Of a stretch of 64,000 bases of DNA, positions 1 to 13,017 are shown piece after piece (position 1 is the first letter of the stretch; every line of letters begins with the position of its first letter). Below the pieces are notes generated by a model. That model was not told the DNA's origin and ran no database searches. It saw only the letters and a program-made list of their open reading frames with translations. The position numbers were made by a program, and so were the translations under genes. Source of the stretch: Candidatus Latescibacterota bacterium (GTDB lineage: Bacteria; Latescibacterota; UBA2968; GCA-2709665). The stretch covers positions 2,336,001 through 2,400,000 of the forward strand of contig CBDCOX010000002.1 of assembly GCA_965219995.1 (NCBI GenBank). The letters are read 5' to 3'.

Positions 1-11
1 CCACGTGCCGT

Positions 12-1331
12 GTGCGGGGCGAGCACTGCTACGTCTTCGTGGAAGACGTTATCTGGAGCGGACCGCGGGCCACGCCAAATGCCGTCGCATCCCTGGCCCG
101 CGCCTTCGACCGGTCCACCCCAAGGCATCGCGAACGCGGCATCTATTCCATCAATACGGAAATCTTCGGGCCACCGCCCGACGCCGACGGCGACCCTCGT
201 GTCCTGATCGTTGTCCTGGACATTATGGACAATGCCCTGAGCGGCACCATCCTGGGGTACTACGATACCGCGAACCAGGCCGCGCCGTTCGGCCGGGAAA
301 TCCTCTATATCGACAGCGATCCCCTGGACCTCGACGGTAACCTGGCGCGCGCCACCCTTGCCCACGAATTCCAGCACATGCTTCACTGGAACGCCGACCC
401 GGACGAACACCGATGGGTCGACGAGGGCTGTTCGGAATACGCCGAGCTGGCCTGCGGATACAAGGACACGACAGGCACGGCCGGTCATTTGTTCCTGGGC
501 GCGCCGAACCTGCTCAAATCACCGGAATCCGCCCATCGTGTACCATTCGATGCCGGTTTGACGGATGCCGCCAGCTGGTCCGCCGGCAGCCTCCTTCCTT
601 TCCTCTTCGACCAGACCTTTTTGCTGACCACCTACTTCGCAGAGAGATACGGCGATTCGGCCGTCGCGAAGCTGGTCGCCGAGCCGGAAAACGGCATTGC
701 CGGGTTCGACCTTACCCTGGCGACCCTCGGAGAGGTCGAACGCTTCGATCAATTCTGGTCTCACTGGACCGCAGCCGTGTTCGTGAACGACGAGAGCGGT
801 CCGGGTTACCGCGGCCTCGCGCTCGAGGCGGTCAGGAGCGATACGGTCGCAGTTCCCGCCGACGAACTCGGCGGCGCCCTGCAGCTCTGGGGCATCGACT
901 ATTTCGTGCCTCGAACGTCAGGACTCTCCGGCCTGTCGCTGGACGTCGGCAGCGGCAGCGACCTGCTCCTGACACTGGTATCGGAAACGGACGACAGGCA
1001 CGACGTCGCCGCCGTCGCCGTGCCGGGCGGCAGTCAGCGACGCATCGGTTTGTACGGCAGTTCTCCAACCGTATTGGCCGTCACACGCACGTCCTCCGGC
1101 CCCCATACCTACACCCTCTCCCTCGCCTCGCGCGAAGGCCGCGCCCCCTCGGCGGCCGACTTCGACGCCAGCGGAACGGTCGGCTTTTCCGATTTCATCG
1201 CATTTGCCGCGGGCTTCGGTAAATCCGCGGGCAGACCGGGCTTCGACCCCTCGTTCGATCTGGACGGAGACCGCGCCGTCTCGTTCGGAGATTTCATCAT
1301 GTTCGCGCGGAACTTCGGCAAGTCACCATAA
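12..1331 (+). CDS. Secreted gluzincin-type zinc metallopeptidase (M30/immune-inhibitor-like) with C-terminal dockerin-like double EF-hand; probably 5'-truncated by the window edge
   Basis: ATLAHEFQHMLH (HExxH) is followed by WVDEGCSEYAE (third-ligand Glu motif). The C-terminus reads ADFDASGTVGFSDF...FDLDGDRAVSFGDFIMFARNFG. Confidence 0.75.
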   Translation: MRGEHCYVFVEDVIWSGPRATPNAVASLARAFDRSTPRHRERGIYSINTEIFGPPPDADGDPRVLIVVLDIMDNALSGTILGYYDTANQAAPFGREILYIDSDPLDLDGNLARATLAHEFQHMLHWNADPDEHRWVDEGCSEYAELACGYKDTTGTAGHLFLGAPNLLKSPESAHRVPFDAGLTDAASWSAGSLLPFLFDQTFLLTTYFAERYGDSAVAKLVAEPENGIAGFDLTLATLGEVERFDQFWSHWTAAVFVNDESGPGYRGLALEAVRSDTVAVPADELGGALQLWGIDYFVPRTSGLSGLSLDVGSGSDLLLTLVSETDDRHDVAAVAVPGGSQRRIGLYGSSPTVLAVTRTSSGPHTYTLSLASREGRAPSAADFDASGTVGFSDFIAFAAGFGKSAGRPGFDPSFDLDGDRAVSFGDFIMFARNFGKSP

Positions 1332-1388
1332 ATCATCCGGAGGGTCGTTTTCGGCCCGCCGAATGCCCCGTCCGGCGGAACCGTCTCG

Positions 1389-4512
<3,124 letters not shown>

Positions 4513-4540
4513 CGCGACATGGTCTCCGGGAAGTGGCTGA

Positions 4541-4569
4541 ATTATAGAAATCCACCGTCATCGTGTCAA
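4541..4569 (-). promoter_or_regulatory. Consensus sigma70 promoter for the TPR-eno-YkgJ operon
   Basis: Minus strand TTGACA (4569-4564), 17-nt spacer, TATAAT (4546-4541). Confidence 0.8.
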
Positions 4570-4601
4570 GCGCCATTTCGGTGCAAGCCGGCGTTTTTTG
4601 C

Positions 4602-4629
4602 TTGACGGGTTCCGTACTCCTCCTAATTT
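4602..4629 (+). promoter_or_regulatory. Putative sigma70 promoter for the Nramp gene
   Basis: TTGACG (4602-4607), 16-nt spacer, TAATTT (4624-4629); divergent from the eno operon promoter. Confidence 0.4.
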
Positions 4630-4690
4630 AGGTGACTGCGGCCCCCGGAACCGCCTGTTGTGGCCCCGCAACCCGAAATCAGGATTCCCC

Positions 4691-5938
4691 GTGCGTTTCA
4701 GACCCGCTCTCATACTTCCCGGCATTCTCATGGCCGCCACCGGCGTCGGCGCGGGAGATCTGCTGACGGCCAGCCTGGCCGGCTCGAAGATCGGCGTTGG
4801 CCTCGCGTGGGCGGCCGTGATTGGCGCGCTGCTCAAATGGACCCTGAACGAGGGCATCGCCCGCTGGCAGATGGCCACCGGAACCACCATGCTGGAAGGC
4901 TGGGTCCACCGGCTCGGCGCCTGGGTCCAGTGGGTCTTCATCGTTTACCTTCTGATCTGGAGCTTCTCCGTGGGCGGTGCGCTGGTCACTGCCTGCGGCG
5001 TGGCGGGCACCGGCCTGCTCCCAATCGGCGATCCGGCCACGTCCAAGATCGTCTGGGGCATTGTCCATGCCCTCGTCGGCCTGGCCCTGGTCTGGATCGG
5101 CGGGTTCCGCGTTTTCGAAGTTCTCATGTCGGCGTGCATCGGGTTGATGTTCGCGACCGTTCTGCTCACGGCGCTGCTGCTGGGGCCGGACTGGAACGCC
5201 CTTGCAAAGGGCCTGTTCTTTCCGGCCATCCCGTCGGGCGGCCTGGGCTGGACCCTCGGCGTGCTGGGAGGCGTTGGCGGCACGGTTACGCTGCTGTCCT
5301 ACGGGTACTGGATCCGGGAAACGGGCAGGCATGGTCGGGAGGGTGTCGAGGCGTGCCGCGTCGACCTGGCGGTGGGGTACACCGTCACCGCGCTGTTCGG
5401 CGTTGCGATGATCATCATCGGATCGCGTGTGGCGCTGGACGGGAAGGGGGCATCGCTGGCGCTCATCCTTTCGAGCCAACTCGAACTGGCGCTGGGGGCG
5501 CCGGGCAAGTGGGCTTTTCTCCTCGGCTTCTGGGGCGCGGTCTTCTCAAGCCTGCTCGGCGTCTGGCAGAGCGACCCCTATATGTTCGCCAATTTCCTCG
5601 CCCTGCGAAAAGGGGTCTCACCCGAAGCCTTTCAGAATTCGGACATCAGGCGGTCCACGCCCTACCGCGCCTACCTCGTCGGCCTCGCGATCGTGCCGCT
5701 CGTGTTGCTGTGGGGCTCCGTGGCGGAGGTCCAGCTCACCTATGCCGTCCTCGGTTCGTTCTTCCTGCCGCTTGTGGCGTTGACCCTGTTGCTGATGAAC
5801 AACAGGACCGACTGGGTCGGTCCCGGATTCAGGAGCAACTTCATCATCAACGCCATCCTCGTCGCCACCCTCGCATTCTTCGGCTATACCGGCGCGAAGA
5901 AGATCATCTCCACGCTCGGGCCCATGCTGGGCGGGTGA
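4691..5938 (+). CDS. Nramp-family (MntH-like) divalent cation/solute transporter
   Basis: PGILMAATGVGAGDL and LKWTLNEGIARWQMATG motifs plus many transmembrane segments. The GTG at 4691 follows AGGA; the ORF track extends the frame to 4598. Confidence 0.8.
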   Translation: MRFRPALILPGILMAATGVGAGDLLTASLAGSKIGVGLAWAAVIGALLKWTLNEGIARWQMATGTTMLEGWVHRLGAWVQWVFIVYLLIWSFSVGGALVTACGVAGTGLLPIGDPATSKIVWGIVHALVGLALVWIGGFRVFEVLMSACIGLMFATVLLTALLLGPDWNALAKGLFFPAIPSGGLGWTLGVLGGVGGTVTLLSYGYWIRETGRHGREGVEACRVDLAVGYTVTALFGVAMIIIGSRVALDGKGASLALILSSQLELALGAPGKWAFLLGFWGAVFSSLLGVWQSDPYMFANFLALRKGVSPEAFQNSDIRRSTPYRAYLVGLAIVPLVLLWGSVAEVQLTYAVLGSFFLPLVALTLLLMNNRTDWVGPGFRSNFIINAILVATLAFFGYTGAKKIISTLGPMLGG

Positions 5939-5960
5939 ATCGTCGACGCCTGACGGCGCC

Positions 5961-6370
5961 TAAAAACGGTGAGACGTAAGACGGGAGACGGGAGAAGACA
6001 CCTTTGCCCGATGGGTTCGTCCTTTGTGCCACCGGCAAGAAATGAAACCGCACGGGGCGATAAAACCGGTGAGACGTAAGACGGGAGACGGTAGATGACA
6101 TCCTTGCCCGTTTGGTCATTCCCTTATGCCTCCGGCAAGAAATGAAGCCGCACGCGGCAAGAAAACCGGTGAGACGGGAGACGCAAGACGGTAGAGGAGC
6201 ACATTTGCAGCAGTGTTTCCGCATAAACCGTGCCTGCCATTTTACCGTTATCGTAACCATCAAAAGAACCATAGGGCACTCACGGTATCTCCCGTCTAAC
6301 GTCTTACGTCTACCCGTTCTTCAGGCACTCATATCATCTCACGTCTACCCTCTCCCGTCTCACCGCTTTT
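5961..6370. repeat. Intergenic element: 100-bp tandem repeat with heptamer subrepeats and inverted ends (MITE/REP-like)
   Basis: Units start at 5961, 6061 and 6161 (third partial), each beginning AAAA(A/C)CGGTGAGACG. The reverse complement CGTCTCACCGCTTTT is at 6356-6370, with further inverted heptamers at about 6288-6315. Confidence 0.75.
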
Positions 6371-8891
6371 AACTCTTCCCGAACGCCCCCGCGAAGATCA
6401 GAAAATCGCTGAACCCTACGGTGCCGTTTCCGTCCAGATCGAATCGGACGTCATACCCCTCGTCTTCCTCGCTCAAACCGAATTTTCCCGCGAACTGCAC
6501 AAAGTCGCCAAAGCCGACAGTCCCGTCTCCATCGAAGTCGGCTTGTGCTCTTCCCGTGGCATTGAAGGTCACCGGATCTGTATTTGAAACCGTTGCCACA
6601 ACGGTGTTCGTCCCGGGTTGCCTGCCAAGAGTCAGCGTTGTGGCGGCGCGGCCATCGGCATCGGTCGTAGCCGTCGCCACGGTGGACGTCCCGTCGCTGT
6701 CGGTGACCGTGAATGTGACGGATGCATCGGGAAGCGGATCGCCGAACTGATCCCGTACTTCAACCATCAGGGGCTGGATCAAGGTTTCGCCAGGCGCCCC
6801 CCGCTGGCCGTCGCCGGAGATGATCTCAAGGGAAACAGGTCGGGGCCGCGTCCACTCGGAAATGTCCCACAGTATAACCGCTTTGTCAGACGTCCCTGAG
6901 GCCATCATGACGCCGTCTGGGGAGAGCGTCACTGAATGAACCAGGTCTGCAGCATGACCAGCGAGGGTGGCGAGGGGGGTTCGGTTCGCCACGTCCCACA
7001 CCCAAACCGTGCCCTTCTGCGAAGCGGAAGCGAGAATTTTCCCATCCCGAGAAAACGATACCGAGTAGACCCAACCCCGATGCTCAAGGTTTCCGATGCG
7101 GCTTTTGGATTCCACGTCCCACAACCGAACCGTGGCATCAAAAGACCCGGAAGCCAGGGTTTTCCCATCCGGAGAAAACGATACGGCCGCGACCAGGTCA
7201 TCATGCCCTTCCAGGGCGACAATCTGTTGTCTGGATCCCACGTCCCACAACCGAACCGTATTATCAGAAGACGCGGAAGCGAGAGTTTTTCCATCCGGAG
7301 AAAACGAAAGCGAATAGACGCCTCTCTCATGTCCTTCCAGGGTGCCAATCGGTTGACCGGTCTCCACGTCCCACAGCCGCATGGGCTCATCCCCATATCC
7401 CGCCCCGGACGCGAGGGTGGTCCCATCCGGAGAAGACGATACGGTTTCGACATATTCCGTATGACCTCTCAGAGTAGCAATCTGTTTTTTGGTTTCCACG
7501 TCCCACAGGCGAACATTGCCGTCGCCCGTTCCGGAAGCGAGTATCTTCCCATCCCGGGAGAACGAAACCGCATAGACCGCGCTCCCAACCTCCAGGGTGG
7601 CAATGGATGCGTACGTTACCACGTCCCACAGCCGTACCGTTCCATCGATTGCCCCGGAAGCAAGGAGGGTCCCGTCCGGGGAAAAAGAAACCTCCTCAAC
7701 CCTTTGGGTATGTCCTTCAAGGTAGGCGATGGCTTGCTGCGCAATTTCCGATAGGAAAAATTCTGTTTCGCTGACGTCCCCATAAGTATCCACGGCCAGT
7801 ACCACAATCCGATGCACTGCGGGTTCCGACAGGCTTGAAGCCGGTTCGAAAGGGATATTGCCGTCATACTCAAACTCGACAGCGACTTTTGTTTCGCGCT
7901 CCAACCCTCTGCATGTCTTGAGACTGGAGCTTCCGGAACCAACGTTGTCCCCACCTGCTGTTGCAAAGAGGATCACCTGGTGAACTCCCTCAGGATCATC
8001 GACCCTAAGTTGTATGGAGGCGTTCTCCGAGCCCGCGGGATACCTGGTCGGCGAAGTAAGTTCGACGGTAGGCGGCTGCCCCTCCTGGATTGGAATGGTA
8101 GGATTGAAATAGGGATTAACGGCCAGAAATTCCGCAGCGCACGCAGAAATGACCCCGCGCTCGTCCCAACCATACGACATGATGTATCGATTGTCCCTGA
8201 AGTCGTGCTCCAGGCCGAAGGTATGTCCCAATTCATGGGCCACCGTGAAGTATCTTACGCTGTGGGGGACCAGAATATAGCCGTTGGTTTTTCCACCAGG
8301 AGATGTGAATCCTCCGGCAAACAGACCGCGTGCAAGAGGAATCTTATCGATACTAAGGTCAGAGACGATGAGGTAAATGTTGGCATCAAGGTCAAATTTC
8401 CGTTCGATTTCAGAGACTGGCCATCCACCGGCTGCATAGTGGATGTCGGAGTGTTGGCCGTCGACGCGATGCACAAGCGGCTCCCCTTGAGCTTCGGTCT
8501 CAATTCGGAAGGTCCTGTTGCCGTAACCATGCGCTTCCATCTGCTCGCCATAGAAGGTTTGAACCCGGCGAATCACAGCCTTCATCGAATCCACGACCTC
8601 CTGCCGAAAAGGACGGTCATTGGGCAGGAAGTAGATCATTCGTACCGTGCGCGGTTCTCCCACGTTCAGATTTGCCGGACGTTTGGCCGCGGGGAGGGGA
8701 TGGTCCCGCCGCATCTGCTCGTGGTCGACCCCGCAGAACACCACGCTGTCAGCCGGCGAAGGCGAAGCGTGGGCTGCCTCGGAGACCAAAAAACCGAGGC
8801 TGAAATACACCAAGAAAGCGGTGGCCAAAACGATAATTCCTATGCAGCTGGGTTTCGGTAATTGGTCATCCATCGTATCCGATGCGGGCAT
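6369..8891 (-). CDS. Secreted metzincin metallopeptidase + WD40 propeller + Big_1-like Ig domain + dockerin-like module
   Basis: Hydrophobic signal segment; HELGHTFGLEHD and Met-turn YIMSYG; about seven GH...WD repeats; GDGQRGAPG..VEVRDQFGDP Ig domain; ADFDGDGTVGFGDF...FDLDGNGTVGFSDF. Confidence 0.85.
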   Translation of the reverse strand: MPASDTMDDQLPKPSCIGIIVLATAFLVYFSLGFLVSEAAHASPSPADSVVFCGVDHEQMRRDHPLPAAKRPANLNVGEPRTVRMIYFLPNDRPFRQEVVDSMKAVIRRVQTFYGEQMEAHGYGNRTFRIETEAQGEPLVHRVDGQHSDIHYAAGGWPVSEIERKFDLDANIYLIVSDLSIDKIPLARGLFAGGFTSPGGKTNGYILVPHSVRYFTVAHELGHTFGLEHDFRDNRYIMSYGWDERGVISACAAEFLAVNPYFNPTIPIQEGQPPTVELTSPTRYPAGSENASIQLRVDDPEGVHQVILFATAGGDNVGSGSSSLKTCRGLERETKVAVEFEYDGNIPFEPASSLSEPAVHRIVVLAVDTYGDVSETEFFLSEIAQQAIAYLEGHTQRVEEVSFSPDGTLLASGAIDGTVRLWDVVTYASIATLEVGSAVYAVSFSRDGKILASGTGDGNVRLWDVETKKQIATLRGHTEYVETVSSSPDGTTLASGAGYGDEPMRLWDVETGQPIGTLEGHERGVYSLSFSPDGKTLASASSDNTVRLWDVGSRQQIVALEGHDDLVAAVSFSPDGKTLASGSFDATVRLWDVESKSRIGNLEHRGWVYSVSFSRDGKILASASQKGTVWVWDVANRTPLATLAGHAADLVHSVTLSPDGVMMASGTSDKAVILWDISEWTRPRPVSLEIISGDGQRGAPGETLIQPLMVEVRDQFGDPLPDASVTFTVTDSDGTSTVATATTDADGRAATTLTLGRQPGTNTVVATVSNTDPVTFNATGRAQADFDGDGTVGFGDFVQFAGKFGLSEEDEGYDVRFDLDGNGTVGFSDFLIFAGAFGKS

Positions 8892-9096
8892 GGTCCGTCC
8901 TCCGTCGTCGGAAGATGCCCCCGAAGAGGACAGACCATCTCCGCTTCGTCTGAGCCCGTTTTTTTTGAGAGGTCCCCATCCCGAGCACCAGCTTCTTCCC
9001 TTTACCTCGGCGCCTGACGCTGTGACGCGGCCGAGTCGGCTGGGCGTTTGCGATCCTGCTATCCGGCGATATTCGCCACGATCCGGCGAACTTAGG

Positions 9097-10074
9097 TCAG
9101 TCCAGGACGCGGTCCTGGCCGGCCGAGGCCTCGTCGAGAAGGGCCCGGTCCTCCGGCGTGATGGACCAGCCTACGGCGCCGGCGTTCTCCTCCATGTGAG
9201 CCACCGTGTCGCCGCCGGTGATCGCGGCCGTCACCTCGGGGTGGGAGAGCACCCAGTTGATCGCCGTCTGGGCCACGGTGCGGCCGTGGGCGCCGGCGAT
9301 CTCTCTCAGGATCTCCAGGGTCCGGCCCGCCGCCTCATTGAGATCTTTCTTCAAGGATTCGGCGCGGCCCCTGGCGTAAAGGGTGCCTTCAGGGGGCGGC
9401 TCTCCGGGAGAGTACACGCCGGAAAGCAAGCCCACCCCCAGGGGACTGTAGGTCATGACCCCGAACCTCCGGTCGCGCTGCGCCGGCCACATCTCGAGCT
9501 CGAGCTCGCGGTTGAGGAGGTTGTAGGGATTCTGGATGCATATAAGGGGATCGAGCCCGAGGCGGTCCTGAGTCCACAACGCCTTGAGTACCTGCCAGGC
9601 CTGAAAGTTGGAAACGCCCACGTAGCGCGTCTTGCCCGCGCGCACCACGTCGTCGAGGGCACGCAGGGTCTCCTCGAGGGGCGTCTCCACGTCGTACACG
9701 TGAAGGATGTAGATGTCAATGTGATCGGTCTGGAGGCGGGCAAGGGTGCGGTCGATCTCCCGCATGATGTGATAGCGCGACAGACCGGCGTCGTTCGGCC
9801 CCTCGCCGATGCGGCTGGCGACCTTCGAGGTCACCACAAGGTCGTCGCGGTGCCGCTTGAGAACGCGCGCGAGTAGCTGCTCCGAAGTGCCGCGGGTCAC
9901 GTAGGCGTCCCCGAGGCCGTAGACGTTGGCGCAGTCGATGAAGTTGATCCCAAGCTCGATACCCCGTTCGATGACACGCTCCGCCTCGTCGACGTCGTTC
10001 TGCCCGCGCAGGCCCAATCCGTAGGCCAGGCGCGACACCTTCAGGCCGGAACGGCCGAAACTGACGTATTCCAT
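9097..10074 (-). CDS. Aldo/keto reductase
   Basis: Motifs GRSGLKVSRL, GINFIDCANVYG, LSRYHIMREIDRTLARLQTDHIDIY and YVGVSNF. The ATG at 10074 is preceded by a GGGAGGAG RBS. Confidence 0.92.
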   Translation of the reverse strand: MEYVSFGRSGLKVSRLAYGLGLRGQNDVDEAERVIERGIELGINFIDCANVYGLGDAYVTRGTSEQLLARVLKRHRDDLVVTSKVASRIGEGPNDAGLSRYHIMREIDRTLARLQTDHIDIYILHVYDVETPLEETLRALDDVVRAGKTRYVGVSNFQAWQVLKALWTQDRLGLDPLICIQNPYNLLNRELELEMWPAQRDRRFGVMTYSPLGVGLLSGVYSPGEPPPEGTLYARGRAESLKKDLNEAAGRTLEILREIAGAHGRTVAQTAINWVLSHPEVTAAITGGDTVAHMEENAGAVGWSITPEDRALLDEASAGQDRVLD

Positions 10075-10364
10075 GCGCTCCTCCCTGTACTGTCCCTGCA
10101 TCGGACACTTCCGAAGCGTTGAAATTCCTTCGAAATCCAATCTGTTTTCGTGATGAAATTTTGTCCCCTGATGCTCCCGGAACGACGTTCAGCAGACATC
10201 TAACTTATCGCAAATCCCGCCACAGGTCTATTCCATTTCGCGCCTTGTCTTACCGACCCCACCTCTACCAGGGGGTTGAATCGTGTCCGCATCCGGCCCA
10301 CTTGAAGTGTGAACAATGGCGCAAGCATCATATATAATGTCCCGTTCGGCGGAACCTTCCAAGA

Positions 10365-10520
10365 GGAATCCTGTACTCATCCGCCAGTCCGACCTCGACC
10401 TCGCAGCCGTGGTCGTCCGCCGACTGAATCGTAATCGCACTTACAGGAAGGGTCCTGTCGAGATCCAGCCTGAAGCTCGAATCGCCAGCGGACCGCAAAG
10501 TACTTATCACTATCTCCACT
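10365..10520 (-). pseudogene. Degraded remnant of a leishmanolysin(M8)-like domain C-terminus, paralogous to the 14634-17333 gene
   Basis: DLDRTLPVSAITIQSADDHGCEVEVGLADEYRIP matches DLDGTLPLSAITIQSLADHGYEVNVGLADEYRLP. Upstream DNA matches the SDRYFIGPLAIRAF codons but with a frameshift and an internal deletion. Confidence 0.75.
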
Positions 10521-10536
10521 GACCGGGTCGTTTATT

Positions 10537-13017
10537 TCACGCGGTGCTGTTGCCGAACGCGGCAGCAAAGATCACAAAATCGCTGAACCCGACGGCGCCG
10601 TTCGCATCGAGATCGTAACGCGCATCGTACCCCTCGTCGCCCTGGTTCAATCCGAACTGTGCCGCGAACAGCACGAAATCGCCAAATCCGACGGTCCCAT
10701 CGCCGTCGAAGTCGGCGTGAGCTTTGCCGGTGGCAGTGAACGTCACAGGATCGAGATCGGCTACCGTTACGACGACGGTGTTGGTACCCGGCTGGCTTCC
10801 CAGCGTCAGGGTCGTGGCAGCGCGGCCGTTCTCATCCGTGATGGCCGAAGTCACGGATAGCGTCCCGCCGCCGGTCGTGACCTTGAAGTCTACTCTGACC
10901 CCTTCAACGGGATTTCCATTTAGATCGCGCGCCAGAACCACGAACGGCTCGTCCAGCGCCGCACCTACCGACCCTTGCTGCTCGATGTCGGAGACAATCT
11001 CCATTGCGAAGGGGCGGGGACCCGTCCACTTGGAAACATCTCTCAGCTCTATTGTGTCATACCCTGTCCCAGCAGCGAGGGTCGTTTCATCGGGAGAAAT
11101 CGCTACCGAGCGGATCTCAACCCAGCTATAGCGATCACTCGGTCGGAACGGCAGGAAGGCGCCGATAAAATCTCGGGTTATGCCATCGTACAGCCGTACC
11201 TTGCCATCCCGTGACCCGGAAGCAATAATGCTTGCACCTCGAGAAACCGTTACGGACAAGACCGGCTCGAGATGCCGAAGCCGGGCAACCTCTCCATGTG
11301 TCCTCACGTCCCACAGCCGGACCATATTGTCGGGTGAACCCACTCCCGAGGCCAGGATGGCGCCATCGGTCGAAAACACCACTGACCAGATCGCCCCATT
11401 GTGCTCAAGGGTTGCGACCTCCTCGCGTGTCTCAACGTCCCAAAGCCTGACCGTCTGATCCTCGGATTCAAAGTGTCCTGACCCCGAGGCGAGCAGAGTT
11501 CCATCGGGAGAAAACGCCAACGCATTGATCTGGTCTACGTGACCTTCAAGCGTTGCGATCTTAGCCAGGTTCTTCACGTCCCAAAGCAGGATCGCTCGGT
11601 TCTCCGACGCGGAGGCAAGCAGATCCCCACGGGGGGAAAACGCCACCGGACCGTTTCCCTTCAGGGTAGCGGTTTCGTTCCGCGTCCTCACGTCCCACAG
11701 TTTGACGCCGCTCAATGATCCGGAAGCCAAGGCCCCATCGTGCGAAAATGCAACCGCCGTGACCGAATCTGTATGCCCGAGCAGGGTTGCAAGTAACTCT
11801 CGGCGTGACGCATTCCACAACCTGACCGTGCCATCCGACGATGCCGAAGCCAGAGTCTTTCCATCGGGAGAAAACGCCACCGAATTGACATGGCTAGTAT
11901 GCCCCTCGAGTGCATCTGTCACGCGATCCGGGACAAGGTCAAACCGCAACTCGCTCATGTTCCCATCCGTATCAACTGCAATAACCTCAATCCTATGGAG
12001 AGGGTCTGATAGACTCTTTATGAGGTTTTCAGGATTGGTCGCCATTGGCGATCCGTCAAATTCGTGCTCAACGACCGCATTTCTCTGACCCTTCAAAGCA
12101 CGACATTCCCTCAGCCCTCTCGACCAGCCCGGCGATGCGTATAGAAGCACTTGATGAAGCCCCTCGGCATCGCTGACCCCAAGCTTGATGGAGACGCTTT
12201 GGGAACCAGCCTTGTATTCGGTGGATGAGACGAGTTTGATAGTAGGTGGAGAAGACTCTTCAATTGAGATGGCGGAATTGAAGTATGGATGTACGGACAG
12301 AAACTCGGCAGTGCAGGCGGAGATTCGATCCCAGGTCATTGCGCCCGGGAATTGGCTTGGTCCACCGTAGGACAGGATGTACGCCCCATCTCGGAAGTCG
12401 TGGGCAAGGCCGAAGGCGTGAGCCAATTCATGGGCAAAGAGTCCCTCTGACACCCTGGTCACCCGGACCTCGCCTTGTTTCTTGCTTTGCCTCAATCCGG
12501 CTTGTCCTCCCGTGTAATTGGGGCTCTCTCTGTAGATGACACTGATGTTCTCATCAAGATCGAACACCTGTTGGATTTCCTTCCACCAGAGAAGATTGTA
12601 GCTGCTTGGGGTCGGCCCGAAATAGTGGCTCTCAGGGTGTTGACCATAGACGCGATGTACCAGCGGCTCACCCAGCGGATCGGTTTCAAGTCGGAAAGTT
12701 ACGTAGCCGTAGCCGTGGGCCTGCATCTGCTCGCCGTAGAAGCTCTGAACGCGGCGGATCACCGTCTTCATCGAATCCACAACGTCGGCGCGAAAGGCCT
12801 GGTCTTTCGGAAGGAAGTAGATCATCCGCACGGTACGCGGTTCGCCCACGTTCAGGTCCGCCGGACGCTTGGCGGCAGGGCGCGGATGATCCCATCGTAA
12901 CTGCTCGTGGTCGACCCCGCAGAACAGCACGCTGTCGGGCGGCGCAGACGAAGCGTGGGCGGTTAGTGGCGGTGAGAGAAGAATGCCGATTAATGCGATA
13001 ATCACGGATTCAACCAA
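10537..13017 (-). CDS. Secreted metzincin-like metallopeptidase + WD40 + Big_1-like Ig + dockerin-like module (paralog of 6369-8891)
   Basis: Signal peptide, HELAHAFGLAHD, WD40 repeats, and ADFDGDGTVGFGDFVLF...YDLDANGAVGFSDF. Confidence 0.85.
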   Translation of the reverse strand: MVESVIIALIGILLSPPLTAHASSAPPDSVLFCGVDHEQLRWDHPRPAAKRPADLNVGEPRTVRMIYFLPKDQAFRADVVDSMKTVIRRVQSFYGEQMQAHGYGYVTFRLETDPLGEPLVHRVYGQHPESHYFGPTPSSYNLLWWKEIQQVFDLDENISVIYRESPNYTGGQAGLRQSKKQGEVRVTRVSEGLFAHELAHAFGLAHDFRDGAYILSYGGPSQFPGAMTWDRISACTAEFLSVHPYFNSAISIEESSPPTIKLVSSTEYKAGSQSVSIKLGVSDAEGLHQVLLYASPGWSRGLRECRALKGQRNAVVEHEFDGSPMATNPENLIKSLSDPLHRIEVIAVDTDGNMSELRFDLVPDRVTDALEGHTSHVNSVAFSPDGKTLASASSDGTVRLWNASRRELLATLLGHTDSVTAVAFSHDGALASGSLSGVKLWDVRTRNETATLKGNGPVAFSPRGDLLASASENRAILLWDVKNLAKIATLEGHVDQINALAFSPDGTLLASGSGHFESEDQTVRLWDVETREEVATLEHNGAIWSVVFSTDGAILASGVGSPDNMVRLWDVRTHGEVARLRHLEPVLSVTVSRGASIIASGSRDGKVRLYDGITRDFIGAFLPFRPSDRYSWVEIRSVAISPDETTLAAGTGYDTIELRDVSKWTGPRPFAMEIVSDIEQQGSVGAALDEPFVVLARDLNGNPVEGVRVDFKVTTGGGTLSVTSAITDENGRAATTLTLGSQPGTNTVVVTVADLDPVTFTATGKAHADFDGDGTVGFGDFVLFAAQFGLNQGDEGYDARYDLDANGAVGFSDFVIFAAAFGNSTA

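Noticed and set aside
5961-6200. Possible mini CRISPR array (about 30-bp conserved segments at regular spacing)
   Set aside because: The putative spacers are similar to each other, so the whole 100-bp unit is repeated. No cas genes are present.
8895-9095. Possible riboswitch or terminator upstream of the 6369-8891 gene
   Set aside because: The T-run lies on the strand opposite the flanking genes, and no riboswitch consensus could be matched by eye.
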